Below, in pieces: positions 7,472 to 16,451 of a DNA stretch of 64,000 nucleotides. The stretch covers positions 46,352-110,351 of the forward strand of contig JAZSBR010000010.1 in the NCBI GenBank assembly GCA_045602545.1, given 5' to 3'. Origin of the DNA: Alphaproteobacteria bacterium (GTDB taxonomy: Bacteria > Pseudomonadota > Alphaproteobacteria > RF32 > CAG-239). Numbering within the stretch: the stretch's first letter is position 1; each line of letters opens with the position of its first letter. The notes under the pieces are model-generated. The model saw only the letters and a list, made by a program, of their open reading frames with translations. It did not search any database and was not told the DNA's origin. The translations under genes were made by a program, and so were the position numbers.

Positions 7472-7573
7472 GAACATTTCTTATCCCAACGATTTTTTTT
7501 ATTTTAGGTCTTGACAAAAATAGCTGATATTCTTATAGTACCGGCAAATACTAATTATTAAATCTTTAAGCTT

Positions 7574-7942
7574 ATGAAAAAGAAACTTCGCCTTTGGTTT
7601 TTGCGCTTTTGCGGAATCTTATGGGCCTTAGTAGAAACATTCGGTGCTTGGGCCGTTACCGCCCTTGTTGTGATGTGTATGTGTTTCGGGCTATCCTGCT
7701 TATGTAGCAGTTTCCCCTTAAGAAGCACAGGAGACATTGTTTTTGCAACTTCAGCATTTATGTCCTTTCTGGTGTTTGTGTATGTGATCATCAAGAACAT
7801 GCACTGGGCTAAACGAATTGCTGAGGAAAGCGAAGATGAAATTGACACCAAAGCCTTACTTTTAGGGTTTTCTGTGTTAATTACAATCGTTTTGTGCGTG
7901 ATTGCGGTTGTTGTATACCACTTATATTGCGCTATTATCTGA
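7574..7942 (+). CDS. Hypothetical small membrane protein
   Basis: 122 aa with three hydrophobic segments. The promoter TTGACA-N17-TATAGT lies at ~7511-7539, and a terminator follows. Confidence 0.5.
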   Translation: MKKKLRLWFLRFCGILWALVETFGAWAVTALVVMCMCFGLSCLCSSFPLRSTGDIVFATSAFMSFLVFVYVIIKNMHWAKRIAEESEDEIDTKALLLGFSVLITIVLCVIAVVVYHLYCAII

Positions 7943-7945
7943 CTT

Positions 7946-7978
7946 AACGACGGCTTTGTACATAAGCCGTCGTTTTTT
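7946..7978 (+). terminator. Intrinsic terminator
   Basis: AACGACGGCTT tgtacat AAGCCGTCGTT followed by TTTT. Confidence 0.7.
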
Positions 7979-8068
7979 GTTTATCCTCTCGCTTTATGAC
8001 TTGAAATTAAAAAAAATAATGCTAGCATAACAGATGTGCTTATGTATTTTTTTGAAAGGATAAAATTC

Positions 8069-9016
8069 ATGGAAACTTTTGCAATAGTTCTGGTTATTTT
8101 AGTCTTCTTTGTTTTGTTCAAATCCGTGGTTATTGTCCGCCAAGGTTATGAATATACCATTGAAAGCTTCGGAAAATATACGCGTATTTTAACTCCGGGA
8201 TTTCATATTTTGATTCCGGTTATTGAAAATATCGGCGCCAAAATCAGCCGAAAAGAACAGGTTTTGGACGTTCCTTCACAAGAAGTTATTACCAAAGATA
8301 ATGCCATGGTTAAGGTTGACGGAATTTTGTTTTATCAAATTCAAGATTCTGTTAAGGCCGCTTATCAAGTCGGCGATTTGCATGTTGCAATTATGAATTT
8401 GGTTATGACCAATATTCGTACGGTTATCGGCAGTATGGAAATTGATGAGTTGCTTTCTCAACGTGATATCATCAATCACCGCCTGCTCTCGGTTGTTGAT
8501 GAAGCAACAATGCCGTGGGGTGTTAAGGTTACACGTGTTGAAATTAAGGATATTAACCCTCCGCGCGATTTGATTGATGCCATGGCACGCCAGATGAAGG
8601 CCGAGCGCGACAAACGTGCCTCTATTCTGGAAGCCGAAGGTATGCGTCAATCTGAAATTTTGCAGGCTGAAGGTTTGAAACAGGCCGCCATTTTGGAAGC
8701 TGAAGGTAAAAGAGAAGCCGCATTCCGCGAAGCTGAAGCGCGTGAACGTGCCGCCGAAGCAGAATCAAAAGCTACCGATATGCTTTCTAAATCAATCTCT
8801 GAAGGTGAACCGCAAGCCCTTAATTATTTCTTGGGTATGAAATATATTGAGGCCTTAAAAGGTCTGGCATCTTCGCCAAACCAAAAGGTTTTGATGATGC
8901 CGGTTGATACGGCAAATGTCATCGGTACGGTTGCCGGTATTACAGAAATCGTCAAGGATTCTTTGCAAAAAGACAATGCTGTTGAAGCAAAAACATCTAA
9001 AGGAGCCAAAAAATGA
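8069..9016 (+). CDS. SPFH/band-7 (stomatin-like) protein
   Basis: N-terminal TM helix, then [49 protein letters not shown] and an A/E-rich coiled coil. The SD AAAGGA precedes ATG 8069. Confidence 0.8.
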   Translation: METFAIVLVILVFFVLFKSVVIVRQGYEYTIESFGKYTRILTPGFHILIPVIENIGAKISRKEQVLDVPSQEVITKDNAMVKVDGILFYQIQDSVKAAYQVGDLHVAIMNLVMTNIRTVIGSMEIDELLSQRDIINHRLLSVVDEATMPWGVKVTRVEIKDINPPRDLIDAMARQMKAERDKRASILEAEGMRQSEILQAEGLKQAAILEAEGKREAAFREAEARERAAEAESKATDMLSKSISEGEPQALNYFLGMKYIEALKGLASSPNQKVLMMPVDTANVIGTVAGITEIVKDSLQKDNAVEAKTSKGAKK

Positions 9017-9465
9017 TAGAAACTCCGGAAGTTGCGTGGGCAACAATCGGCTTAATGCTCACAATTTTTGAGTTGTTTGTTCCCGGAACATATTTAATCT
9101 GGTTCGGTCTTGCCGCTTTTGTGGTGAGCGGTTATACCTGGCTCACCGGTGTCGGCATAACCGACCAAATGATTGTGTTTGCCATATTCTCCGCTATATT
9201 TGCGTTTTTGGGATTGTATGTCTATAAGGCAATTTTTGAGCGCACGAAAGCTGATGACAAATACAAAGATTTGAATGATCCAGCAAAGCAATATATCGGT
9301 CGCATAGTCACCTTGACCAAAAATGTTGATGACAACAATACTAAAGTCAAAATCGGTGACACGGTTTGGCTTGCCTATTGCAAACAAAATTTGAAAAAAG
9401 GCGATAAAGCCAAAGTTACCGGCGTTAAAGACGGCGTTGTTTTGGTAATTGAAAAAGAAAAGTGA
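9013..9465 (+). CDS. NfeD-family membrane protein (partner of the SPFH protein)
   Basis: Three TM helices plus a C-terminal OB-like soluble domain ([20 protein letters not shown]). It overlaps the stop codon of the SPFH gene. Confidence 0.7.
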   Translation: MIETPEVAWATIGLMLTIFELFVPGTYLIWFGLAAFVVSGYTWLTGVGITDQMIVFAIFSAIFAFLGLYVYKAIFERTKADDKYKDLNDPAKQYIGRIVTLTKNVDDNNTKVKIGDTVWLAYCKQNLKKGDKAKVTGVKDGVVLVIEKEK

Positions 9466-9614
9466 TTTTATAGTTCTCTCTAATTAGGTTGGAGTTAGGT
9501 GCTATTATGGCACCTAACTTTTTATATGAACAATCTTATAAAATGTTTCACGTGAAACATTTGGTTAAATATTTGATTTTTCACAATATTTTTATCATTG
9601 ATATAAGATTTTTC

Positions 9615-10724
9615 TTATTTTTTAAAGGTTATCACAACTTCGTTTTTGTCGTCGTTACGCAAAACTTGAGCCGCCTCGGCAGGAGTATAGCGAATGCGGT
9701 TGCACCATCCGCCCATGTCTTTGCAAACATCGGCACAACATGTGCGCTTACTTAAATCCGGCTCACGAACGCATTTTGCTCCATCCCAGTAGTAATTTGT
9801 TGAAGCACAAGTTTTATAATCGGCATAAAACAATTGACCTGTTGCATCATATGTTTGTCCTTTTACAGCGGAATATTCAGTCAGTTTTTCGTAAATATTC
9901 GAACAAGATGCTTTATCTCCGCGACATATTATTTGTACATTATTTACTAGAATATAATCACCCAATGATTGATAAGCTATATCATTCAATGTGTCTGGTA
10001 TAATTACCTGTACAAGACTATTGGAATCTTGCAAAGCACATTCTCCAATGCTTGTTACCGCATCACCGAAATCAACATATCTTAATTTTTTTTCATTATC
10101 AAATGCTCCGGCTCCTACACGTTCAACCGAATCTCCGATGGTTATATTTGTGACTTTTTTCATATTTCTGAATGCCTGTGATCCGATATTTTCAACGCCG
10201 GAAACATAAATTGATGTGATGTCTGCCGGCCACTGAGTATTTTGTCCTGTCTTACCCCAAGCATAATCATCCATTGTACCGACTGTTCCATCCTCTCCGC
10301 CGGTTATAGTTAGCTTTTGATTTTCCACCGACCAGCAACAATTTGTTCCGCATGATTGTTGTCCGGTTTCGCAATTTATATCGTTTATATCTGCCCATAA
10401 TTCAGCGGTTGTGGCGAGGGTTAAAATAAGGGCAAAAATTAGTACTTTAGCGAAACCAAAACTAAAATGGTCATACTTGAGAATTGCGGAGCAATTAACC
10501 GAGTATCTCGGCTGATTCTTTTTTGATTCGGCTGAGATTATCGGTTCGCTTGACGCGCCCGATAATGACAATCTTTGTTTTTTGCTTTTGCCGCTCAAGG
10601 TCAGGAATGACAGCGCTTTGTTTGTCTCGGTGTTGAAGATTACCACGTTAGAGCCTACAGCTCTTCCTAGTAATGGCATCGCCTTATTTATTTTTTCACT
10701 CTTAATTTCAAACATTTTTAACAT
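9615..10724 (-). CDS. Secreted BspA-type leucine-rich-repeat protein, paralog 2 of 4, with a repeat-derived N-terminal extension
   Basis: LRR_5-like repeats (VENIGSQAFRNMKKV.., VERVGAGAFDNEKKL.., VTSIGECALQDSNSL..). The protein ends RYTPAEAAQVLRNDDKNEVVITFKK. The start context AAAGAAAGGATGTTAAAAATG is homologous to that of paralog 4. Confidence 0.7.
   Translation of the reverse strand: MLKMFEIKSEKINKAMPLLGRAVGSNVVIFNTETNKALSFLTLSGKSKKQRLSLSGASSEPIISAESKKNQPRYSVNCSAILKYDHFSFGFAKVLIFALILTLATTAELWADINDINCETGQQSCGTNCCWSVENQKLTITGGEDGTVGTMDDYAWGKTGQNTQWPADITSIYVSGVENIGSQAFRNMKKVTNITIGDSVERVGAGAFDNEKKLRYVDFGDAVTSIGECALQDSNSLVQVIIPDTLNDIAYQSLGDYILVNNVQIICRGDKASCSNIYEKLTEYSAVKGQTYDATGQLFYADYKTCASTNYYWDGAKCVREPDLSKRTCCADVCKDMGGWCNRIRYTPAEAAQVLRNDDKNEVVITFKK
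10499..10680 (-). repeat. GC-rich nested-palindrome elements lying in frame in the 5' end of the paralog 2 ORF
   Basis: The coding strand GCCATTACTAGGAAGAGCTGTAGGCTCTAACGTGGTAATCTTC matches the reverse complement of 20961-21003 (GTCATCACGAGGAAGAGCCGCAGGCTCTGACGTGGTGATCTCC) at 35 of 43 positions. Confidence 0.65.
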
Positions 10725-10994
10725 CCTTTCTTTTTATAAATTGAACCAAAAGAAAAACCCGCTACTTTCGTTAAAAAAAGCGGGCGGATGTTCACAAACC
10801 GTATCTCATCAAACGGCTCGGCGCTTTCGTGCTAAAGCCTTATTATGACACCGACATCCGCTCCCAAAAAACGAACGAAGTCGGTATACACCAACAAATC
10901 GCAATCGCGACCAATGAGATAAAGGGTTGTGACGCCCTAAAACGGCTATAAGCCATTCTGCTTTTACACTAGCAAAAAATTTTGTGTTTGTAAA
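10725..10994 (-). promoter_or_regulatory. Promoter plus conserved structured leader of LRR paralog 2 (homolog of 44417-44698)
   Basis: Read on the minus strand: TTTACA (10994-10989), 17 nt, TGCTAGTGT (-10 at 10971-10966). A ~240-nt leader can be aligned with the paralog 4 leader and shows compensatory changes. Confidence 0.65.
10753..10784 (-). terminator. Intrinsic terminator at the 3' end of the paralog 2 leader
   Basis: Minus strand: CCCGCTTTTTT taacg AAAGTAGCGGG followed by TTTTT, about 30 nt before the SD. Confidence 0.6.
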
Positions 10995-11052
10995 GAAAAA
11001 AGTTTCGACCGCAAAAAGAAAAGGCTCCGGAAAACATCCGAAGCCCTTTATC

Positions 11053-13200
11053 TTAAAACTGATCCAAAAATGAACGCAAGCGCTTTGAACGCGACGGATG
11101 CTTGAGCTTACGCAAAGCCTTGGCCTCAATCTGGCGAATACGTTCACGCGTAACATTAAATTGACGTCCCACTTCTTCCAAAGTGTGATCCGTGTTCATA
11201 CCGATACCGAAACGCATGCGAAGCACCCTCTCCTCACGCGGAGTTAGCGAAGACAAAATCTTGGTGCAGGTTTCCTTCAAATTGGTATGAATGGCCGCAT
11301 CAATCGGTTGCAAGGCGTTTTCATCGGCAATAAAATCACCCAGTGAGGAATCATCCTCATCTCCGACCGGCGACTCAAGGCTGACCGGTTCTTTGGCAAT
11401 TTTCATAACCTTTCTTATTTTTTCAATCGGCATTGACAAACGTTTTGCCAGTTCCTCAGGCACCGGCTCACGCCCCATCTCAGCCAACATCTGACGCGAA
11501 GTTCTGACCAGCTTATTGATGGTTTCAATCATATGAACCGGAATTCTGATTGTGCGCGCCTGATCGGCAATTGAACGGGTAATCGCCTGACGAATCCACC
11601 ATGTCGCATAAGTTGAAAACTTATATCCGCGGCGATATTCAAATTTATCAACCGCCTTCATCAAGCCGATATTACCTTCTTGAATCAAATCCAAAAATTG
11701 TAATCCGCGATTGGTATATTTTTTCGCAATTGAGATAACAAGGCGCAAATTTGCCTCAATCATCTCTTTTTTGGCTCTGTCTGCCTCACGCTCGCCTTTT
11801 TTGATTGTATCAACCATGCGGCGATATTCACTAATAGGCAAACCGCACTCTTGCGCCATTTGCGCAACATTCTGGCGGATTTCCACAATTTCATCTTTAT
11901 ACTTTTTAACAAAAGACGACCAATTTTTATCTTTTAACGTTGAAATCTTATTTATCCAATTCGGATCAAGCTCGGAATTTTGATAAACTTCCAAGAAATC
12001 TTCACGTTTGATTTTGCAAGCCAAAGCATCACGCAACAGCTTGCCCTCATAGCCCATAAGCCTTTTGTTTATTTCATTGAGCTGTTCAACCAGCTGTTCA
12101 ACCTTGTTATTGTTCAAATGGATTGAGTTTATGAGTTCAATCAATTCTTTTTTAAGTTTAAGGTATTTATTTTCCGTAACCATTGAAACTTTTCTGCCCG
12201 CCAACACGGCCGCCATACGTTGATTTTGGATTTTTTTCAAGTCATCATAATAGCTTGAAATTTTATCCAATGTTTCAACCACCTGCTCCATAAGCATATG
12301 TTCCATAGCAGAAATCGGGGTTGTTGACATACCGACAGCAGCATCAGAATCTTGCTCCATTGCGGAAGCGCCCAATTCATCACCGGCGCCTAATTCATCA
12401 CTGCCGTCCGAATCGAGATCATCATTGTCATCATCAACCATCTTGTCATCATCAAGATCATCCAGCTCGTCATCATTGCCATCAATATCCATTGAAGAAC
12501 CTAAGTCATCATTGATATCATCAATGTCTTCATCAATAACATCAAGATTTTCATCATTTAAGTCTTTGGTGACCTTATCCAAATCTTCAACGGCGGAATT
12601 ATCATCCGAATCGTCATACACAATGGCTTCGCTGTCATCACCGTAGACAACTTCCAAATCAATTATATCACGGAGCTGAATCGTGCCGGCAAGAAGTTCA
12701 TCACGCCAGTTTGCAATGGCCTTCAAGGTGAGCGGGCTTTCGCACAAACCGCCTATCATAACGTTTTTACCGGCCTCAATGCGCTTAGAAATTGCTATTT
12801 CTCCTTCACGAGAAAGCAATTCAACCAAGCCCATTTCTTTTAAATACATACGAACCGGATCATCCGAACGGCTTAAATCCTTGGCGTCAAGATTACTTGA
12901 TTCTTCATATTCTTCATCATCAACCGATTCTTCATCATCGTCAACGGCATCATCTGCACCGATATCTTCTTCATCGGAAACAATGTTGATGCCCATTTCC
13001 GATATGGCCGACATAATATCCTCAATCTTATCGGAAGACAACTTACCCTCAGGAAGTGCCTTATTCAATTCTTCCATTGAAATATATCCGACAGCTTTGC
13101 CTTTTGCGATAAGGCGTTTGATTGCCGCACCCATAACATCACCGCTTGTATATTCCATACCATCGGTGCTATACATATCTTGATTATCTTTATCAGACAT
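11053..13200 (-). CDS. rpoD: Primary sigma factor RpoD with a long hyper-acidic insert
   Basis: Regions 1.2-4.2 are recognisable ([57 protein letters not shown], and [27 protein letters not shown]). Confidence 0.95.
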   Translation of the reverse strand: MSDKDNQDMYSTDGMEYTSGDVMGAAIKRLIAKGKAVGYISMEELNKALPEGKLSSDKIEDIMSAISEMGINIVSDEEDIGADDAVDDDEESVDDEEYEESSNLDAKDLSRSDDPVRMYLKEMGLVELLSREGEIAISKRIEAGKNVMIGGLCESPLTLKAIANWRDELLAGTIQLRDIIDLEVVYGDDSEAIVYDDSDDNSAVEDLDKVTKDLNDENLDVIDEDIDDINDDLGSSMDIDGNDDELDDLDDDKMVDDDNDDLDSDGSDELGAGDELGASAMEQDSDAAVGMSTTPISAMEHMLMEQVVETLDKISSYYDDLKKIQNQRMAAVLAGRKVSMVTENKYLKLKKELIELINSIHLNNNKVEQLVEQLNEINKRLMGYEGKLLRDALACKIKREDFLEVYQNSELDPNWINKISTLKDKNWSSFVKKYKDEIVEIRQNVAQMAQECGLPISEYRRMVDTIKKGEREADRAKKEMIEANLRLVISIAKKYTNRGLQFLDLIQEGNIGLMKAVDKFEYRRGYKFSTYATWWIRQAITRSIADQARTIRIPVHMIETINKLVRTSRQMLAEMGREPVPEELAKRLSMPIEKIRKVMKIAKEPVSLESPVGDEDDSSLGDFIADENALQPIDAAIHTNLKETCTKILSSLTPREERVLRMRFGIGMNTDHTLEEVGRQFNVTRERIRQIEAKALRKLKHPSRSKRLRSFLDQF

Positions 13201-13339
13201 AACGTTCCTTAAAATCGATTTTATACCGCTTCATGCGGCAATAAATTTCGCTAGCAGAATACTAATAGTGAATTTAATTTAATTTGTCAACACTTGCTTT
13301 TCAATATTTTTAAAAAATTTTATTTTTTATCTGCCCTGA

Positions 13340-15700
13340 TCAGGCGGAAAGCTTAATACCCAAGGTCAAAATATTGCACCCGTCAGTATATTCATATTCG
13401 CAAATATCGGTCATCTGTTTAACCATAAAGATGCCGAGCCCTCCGACATTGCGCTCTTCAGCTGACTGCGTTAAATCAGGGTCCATATACGTAAGAGGAT
13501 TAAATTTTTTACCGCGATCCTTGAATATCAGCTTATAATATTTGTCATCGGTAACGCTCTCAATCGTAGCCATACCGCCTTTTTCATAGGCGTAACTCGC
13601 AATATTGGAAAAAGCTTCTCCGACCGCAATCAGCATATTTGAACGTGCTGTTTGCGATAATTGGTGCTTTTCCATGTCTGTTTGAACATATTCCAAAACG
13701 TTATCCATCTCGGCATTATCAGCCTTAACAACAAAAGTATCTTTTCCTTTTGCATTAAAAATCAGTTCAAGCATTGTAATATCATCGGATTGAAGGGCAC
13801 CTTTGGTAAATTTATTCATCTCTCTGCCCACTAATTGTAATGTTTTTTCAGCCGAACCTTTAACTTTGTTCAAAACCGCCGAAAGCCTGTCTTCGCCAAA
13901 GAATTTTCCTTTTAAATTTTGTGCCTCCGTAACACCGTCGGTATATAAAAACAACCTGTCACCCTGCTTTAAGGTTATGCTTTGCGAAGTGTACTTAATG
14001 TCCGGCATAATACCCAAAACCAGATTGCGCATTACCGGCAATTCTTTATATTCGCCATCCTGATATATAAACGGCGGATTGTGACCGGCACAAACATATT
14101 CCGTATAACCATTGGTAAGATTTATCTTTGCCACGAAAGCCGTCAAGAACATACTGTCACTTTTATAGCCGTCACAAAGTTCTTTATTGACCTGAGTAAA
14201 TATTTCAGAAGTTTGGCAGTTTGTCTGTGCAATGATTTTTATCAGAGATTTTGAAGTCATCATATATAGTGAGGCAGGAATACCCTTGCCGGCAACATCG
14301 GCAATCACAATCACCAAATGGTCTTTGTCCGTATAGAAAAAGTCATAAAAATCTCCGCCGACCTTCTGCGCTGCCTCCATAACGGCATAAAGCTCAAAAT
14401 TCGGATTAACCGGAAAATCGGTCGGCAGTGCCGATTTCTGAATTTTTTGCGCAATTTCCAACTCGCTGGCAGCTTTTTGCTGTTCGGCAACCGCTTTCTT
14501 TTCATCTGCTATAAGATTAAGGAGATTAACTCGCATATTGCGGAATGCTTTGGTAACAGTCCCAATTTCATCTGACGAAGATACTTCTGAAAGTTCTTCA
14601 GAAAAATTTCCTTTTCCGTATTGTTCGGCAATTTTGCTTAAGTTCAATAACGGCTTTGTCGAATAATGGCAGATAAAGCTGATTAAAATAAACAAAATAA
14701 CTAAAATAAAAAGCATGGCAATTAAAGCTCTTAACTGGAAGGCTTTAATCGGCTCAAAAAACTGTTCCTTCGGGAAGAACAGCCCCATTCCCCAGTTTAT
14801 ATATGGTATGTGCGTATAGAAAAAAACAACCGGCTCATGAACTTCTACATCTTTAACTATTTCCGGCAATTCCATCTGTCCGCTTTTTTCAAGCTCAAGC
14901 ATATTTTTGCCAACCTCGGCAAGTTCGGGAACCCCGTATTCTTCAGCCATATCATAAATTGTTTTAGTCAGATTAACATTCGAATACGGGTGAACAACGT
15001 ATAAACCTTTTTGAGAAAAAAGCACAAACTTTCCGCGCTCGTGAAACTGAATTTGTGAAATGCCTTGTTGAATTTTATCCAAGTGAACGGAAACCGATAC
15101 CAAACCGTTAAAATCATCGGCTCCTTTGAATTTGAATGGAATAATACAGGTCGTAACCATCGGTTTGTTTTCATTTTCAACATCCATATAAGGCTCGGTC
15201 CAAAAAATTTTTTCTTCCTTCGGAACTTCCTTAAACCACGGATAGGATTCGTACAAATCATCAATTTTTATTTTATTTAATTGAATTTCGTTATTTTGAC
15301 TTTCGGCTGTATAAAGAGTGCCTTGTTTATATGTTTCCGGCTCAAACACATAAATCCAAACATTTCCGAAATCGGAGCCGTAATAGTCCATTGTTTGTAC
15401 GGTTGAACGCATCAAATCTTCAAAAATCTTTTCATCTTTATTGGAAAATTTGCTTAAACTGTTTTTAAGAGTTTCCGCTGCCTGTTCTACTTCAATTGCG
15501 GTTTCCATCACCTGATCGGCAGAACGTTGCAACGATTTCTCGGCAATCTCGGAAATGTGCGACTCAAGAATCGGCGTTGTATAATCTTCAAAGAAAAAAA
15601 GCAACGCTGCAACACCGCAAAAAACGCTACCTAAAATACTTACTGCGAGTTTTGTGGTCAGTGAACGTTTCTTTAGCCAATTCCAGCCGCCTGATGCCAT
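13340..15700 (-). CDS. Membrane sensor with the domain order TM - Cache-like periplasmic domain - TM - HAMP - PP2C (SpoIIE) phosphatase - RsbW-like HATPase kinase
   Basis: Two TM helices flank a ~300-aa domain containing W..PY.D..MVT. HAMP region: DEIGTVTKAFRNM. PP2C region: GGDFYDFF..VIADVAGKGIPASLYM..LYTDGVTEA. C-terminal GHKL region: NVGGLGIFMVKQM. Confidence 0.75.
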   Translation of the reverse strand: MASGGWNWLKKRSLTTKLAVSILGSVFCGVAALLFFFEDYTTPILESHISEIAEKSLQRSADQVMETAIEVEQAAETLKNSLSKFSNKDEKIFEDLMRSTVQTMDYYGSDFGNVWIYVFEPETYKQGTLYTAESQNNEIQLNKIKIDDLYESYPWFKEVPKEEKIFWTEPYMDVENENKPMVTTCIIPFKFKGADDFNGLVSVSVHLDKIQQGISQIQFHERGKFVLFSQKGLYVVHPYSNVNLTKTIYDMAEEYGVPELAEVGKNMLELEKSGQMELPEIVKDVEVHEPVVFFYTHIPYINWGMGLFFPKEQFFEPIKAFQLRALIAMLFILVILFILISFICHYSTKPLLNLSKIAEQYGKGNFSEELSEVSSSDEIGTVTKAFRNMRVNLLNLIADEKKAVAEQQKAASELEIAQKIQKSALPTDFPVNPNFELYAVMEAAQKVGGDFYDFFYTDKDHLVIVIADVAGKGIPASLYMMTSKSLIKIIAQTNCQTSEIFTQVNKELCDGYKSDSMFLTAFVAKINLTNGYTEYVCAGHNPPFIYQDGEYKELPVMRNLVLGIMPDIKYTSQSITLKQGDRLFLYTDGVTEAQNLKGKFFGEDRLSAVLNKVKGSAEKTLQLVGREMNKFTKGALQSDDITMLELIFNAKGKDTFVVKADNAEMDNVLEYVQTDMEKHQLSQTARSNMLIAVGEAFSNIASYAYEKGGMATIESVTDDKYYKLIFKDRGKKFNPLTYMDPDLTQSAEERNVGGLGIFMVKQMTDICEYEYTDGCNILTLGIKLSA

Positions 15701-16008
15701 TACTCAATATCCATAATATTTGCAAATCCGACCATCTCAAAGATAGACTTGATTGACGGATCAATATTGATAATCTTCATTTTTCCGCCGTTGGCATTCA
15801 TAATCTTTTGAGCTTGCAAAAACACTCGCAAACCGGCAGAAAAGACATAATCCACTTCCTTGAGGTCAAAAATCAAATTTTTAACCCCTTCCAAATTAAG
15901 ATTTTCCATCATCGCCGGCGCCGTATTGGTATCCAAGCGACCTTTAACCTTACAAATCAATTCTTCTCCGTTTCTGATATTTTCTAATTCCATTTTACCC
16001 TCACTCAA
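15700..16008 (-). CDS. STAS-domain anti-sigma-factor antagonist
   Basis: 102 aa. The sequence LDTNTAPAMMENL..DLKEVDYVFSAGLRVFL carries the conserved phosphorylatable Ser context. The gene shares one base with the downstream sensor gene. Confidence 0.75.
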   Translation of the reverse strand: MSEGKMELENIRNGEELICKVKGRLDTNTAPAMMENLNLEGVKNLIFDLKEVDYVFSAGLRVFLQAQKIMNANGGKMKIINIDPSIKSIFEMVGFANIMDIE

Positions 16009-16049
16009 TTTTATTTTATTATATTAAACGTACCTTTTATAATAGTCAA

Positions 16050-16445
16050 TTATTTTACTTCAATAATCACCATTGATATCGCAACCGGATAATCATCGCT
16101 GATTGAAAGGTGCAATATCGGCTCTTTATACAGTTTTTGCATATATCTTAAAGCTTCTCCGCTTATTTTTAGAAGGGGCTTTCCTTCCTTGTTATGCAAA
16201 ACCTGAATATCTGCCAAAAATATCCCGTTGCGAAAACCTGTTCCCAATGCCTTAACAAAGGCTTCTTTTGCCGAATAACGTTTAGCAAGACTCGCCGCAA
16301 ACTTTTCTTTATCAAGGGGTTTCCCTTGCATAAGCTCTTTTTGCTCGTCTTTGCCTAAAATACGCGCGCCGAATCTTTCCAAAAACTCAAGGCTTTTGTT
16401 TAAGCGCTCCATATTTACAACATCACATCCCATACCTGCAATCAT
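16050..16445 (-). CDS. acpS: Holo-[acyl-carrier-protein] synthase
   Basis: MIAGMGCDVVNMERL..RILGKDE..LAKRYSAKEAFVKALGTG..ISISDD is the AcpS pattern. Confidence 0.85.
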   Translation of the reverse strand: MIAGMGCDVVNMERLNKSLEFLERFGARILGKDEQKELMQGKPLDKEKFAASLAKRYSAKEAFVKALGTGFRNGIFLADIQVLHNKEGKPLLKISGEALRYMQKLYKEPILHLSISDDYPVAISMVIIEVK

Positions 16446-16451
16446 AATAAC

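Noticed and set aside
9541-9562. Perfect 22-bp palindrome AAATGTTTCACGTGAAACATTT between nfeD and LRR paralog 2; a possible operator with a CACGTG core.
   Set aside because: It lies between two convergent genes and is followed by a T-run on the minus strand. A terminator for paralog 2 is therefore the simplest explanation, and there is no promoter nearby for it to regulate.
12321-13183. Several plus-strand ORFs (64-166 aa) rich in S, H and I inside rpoD.
   Set aside because: They are antisense shadows of the D/E-rich acidic insert of RpoD (GAT/GAA repeats read as ATC/TTC/TCA). They are not genes.
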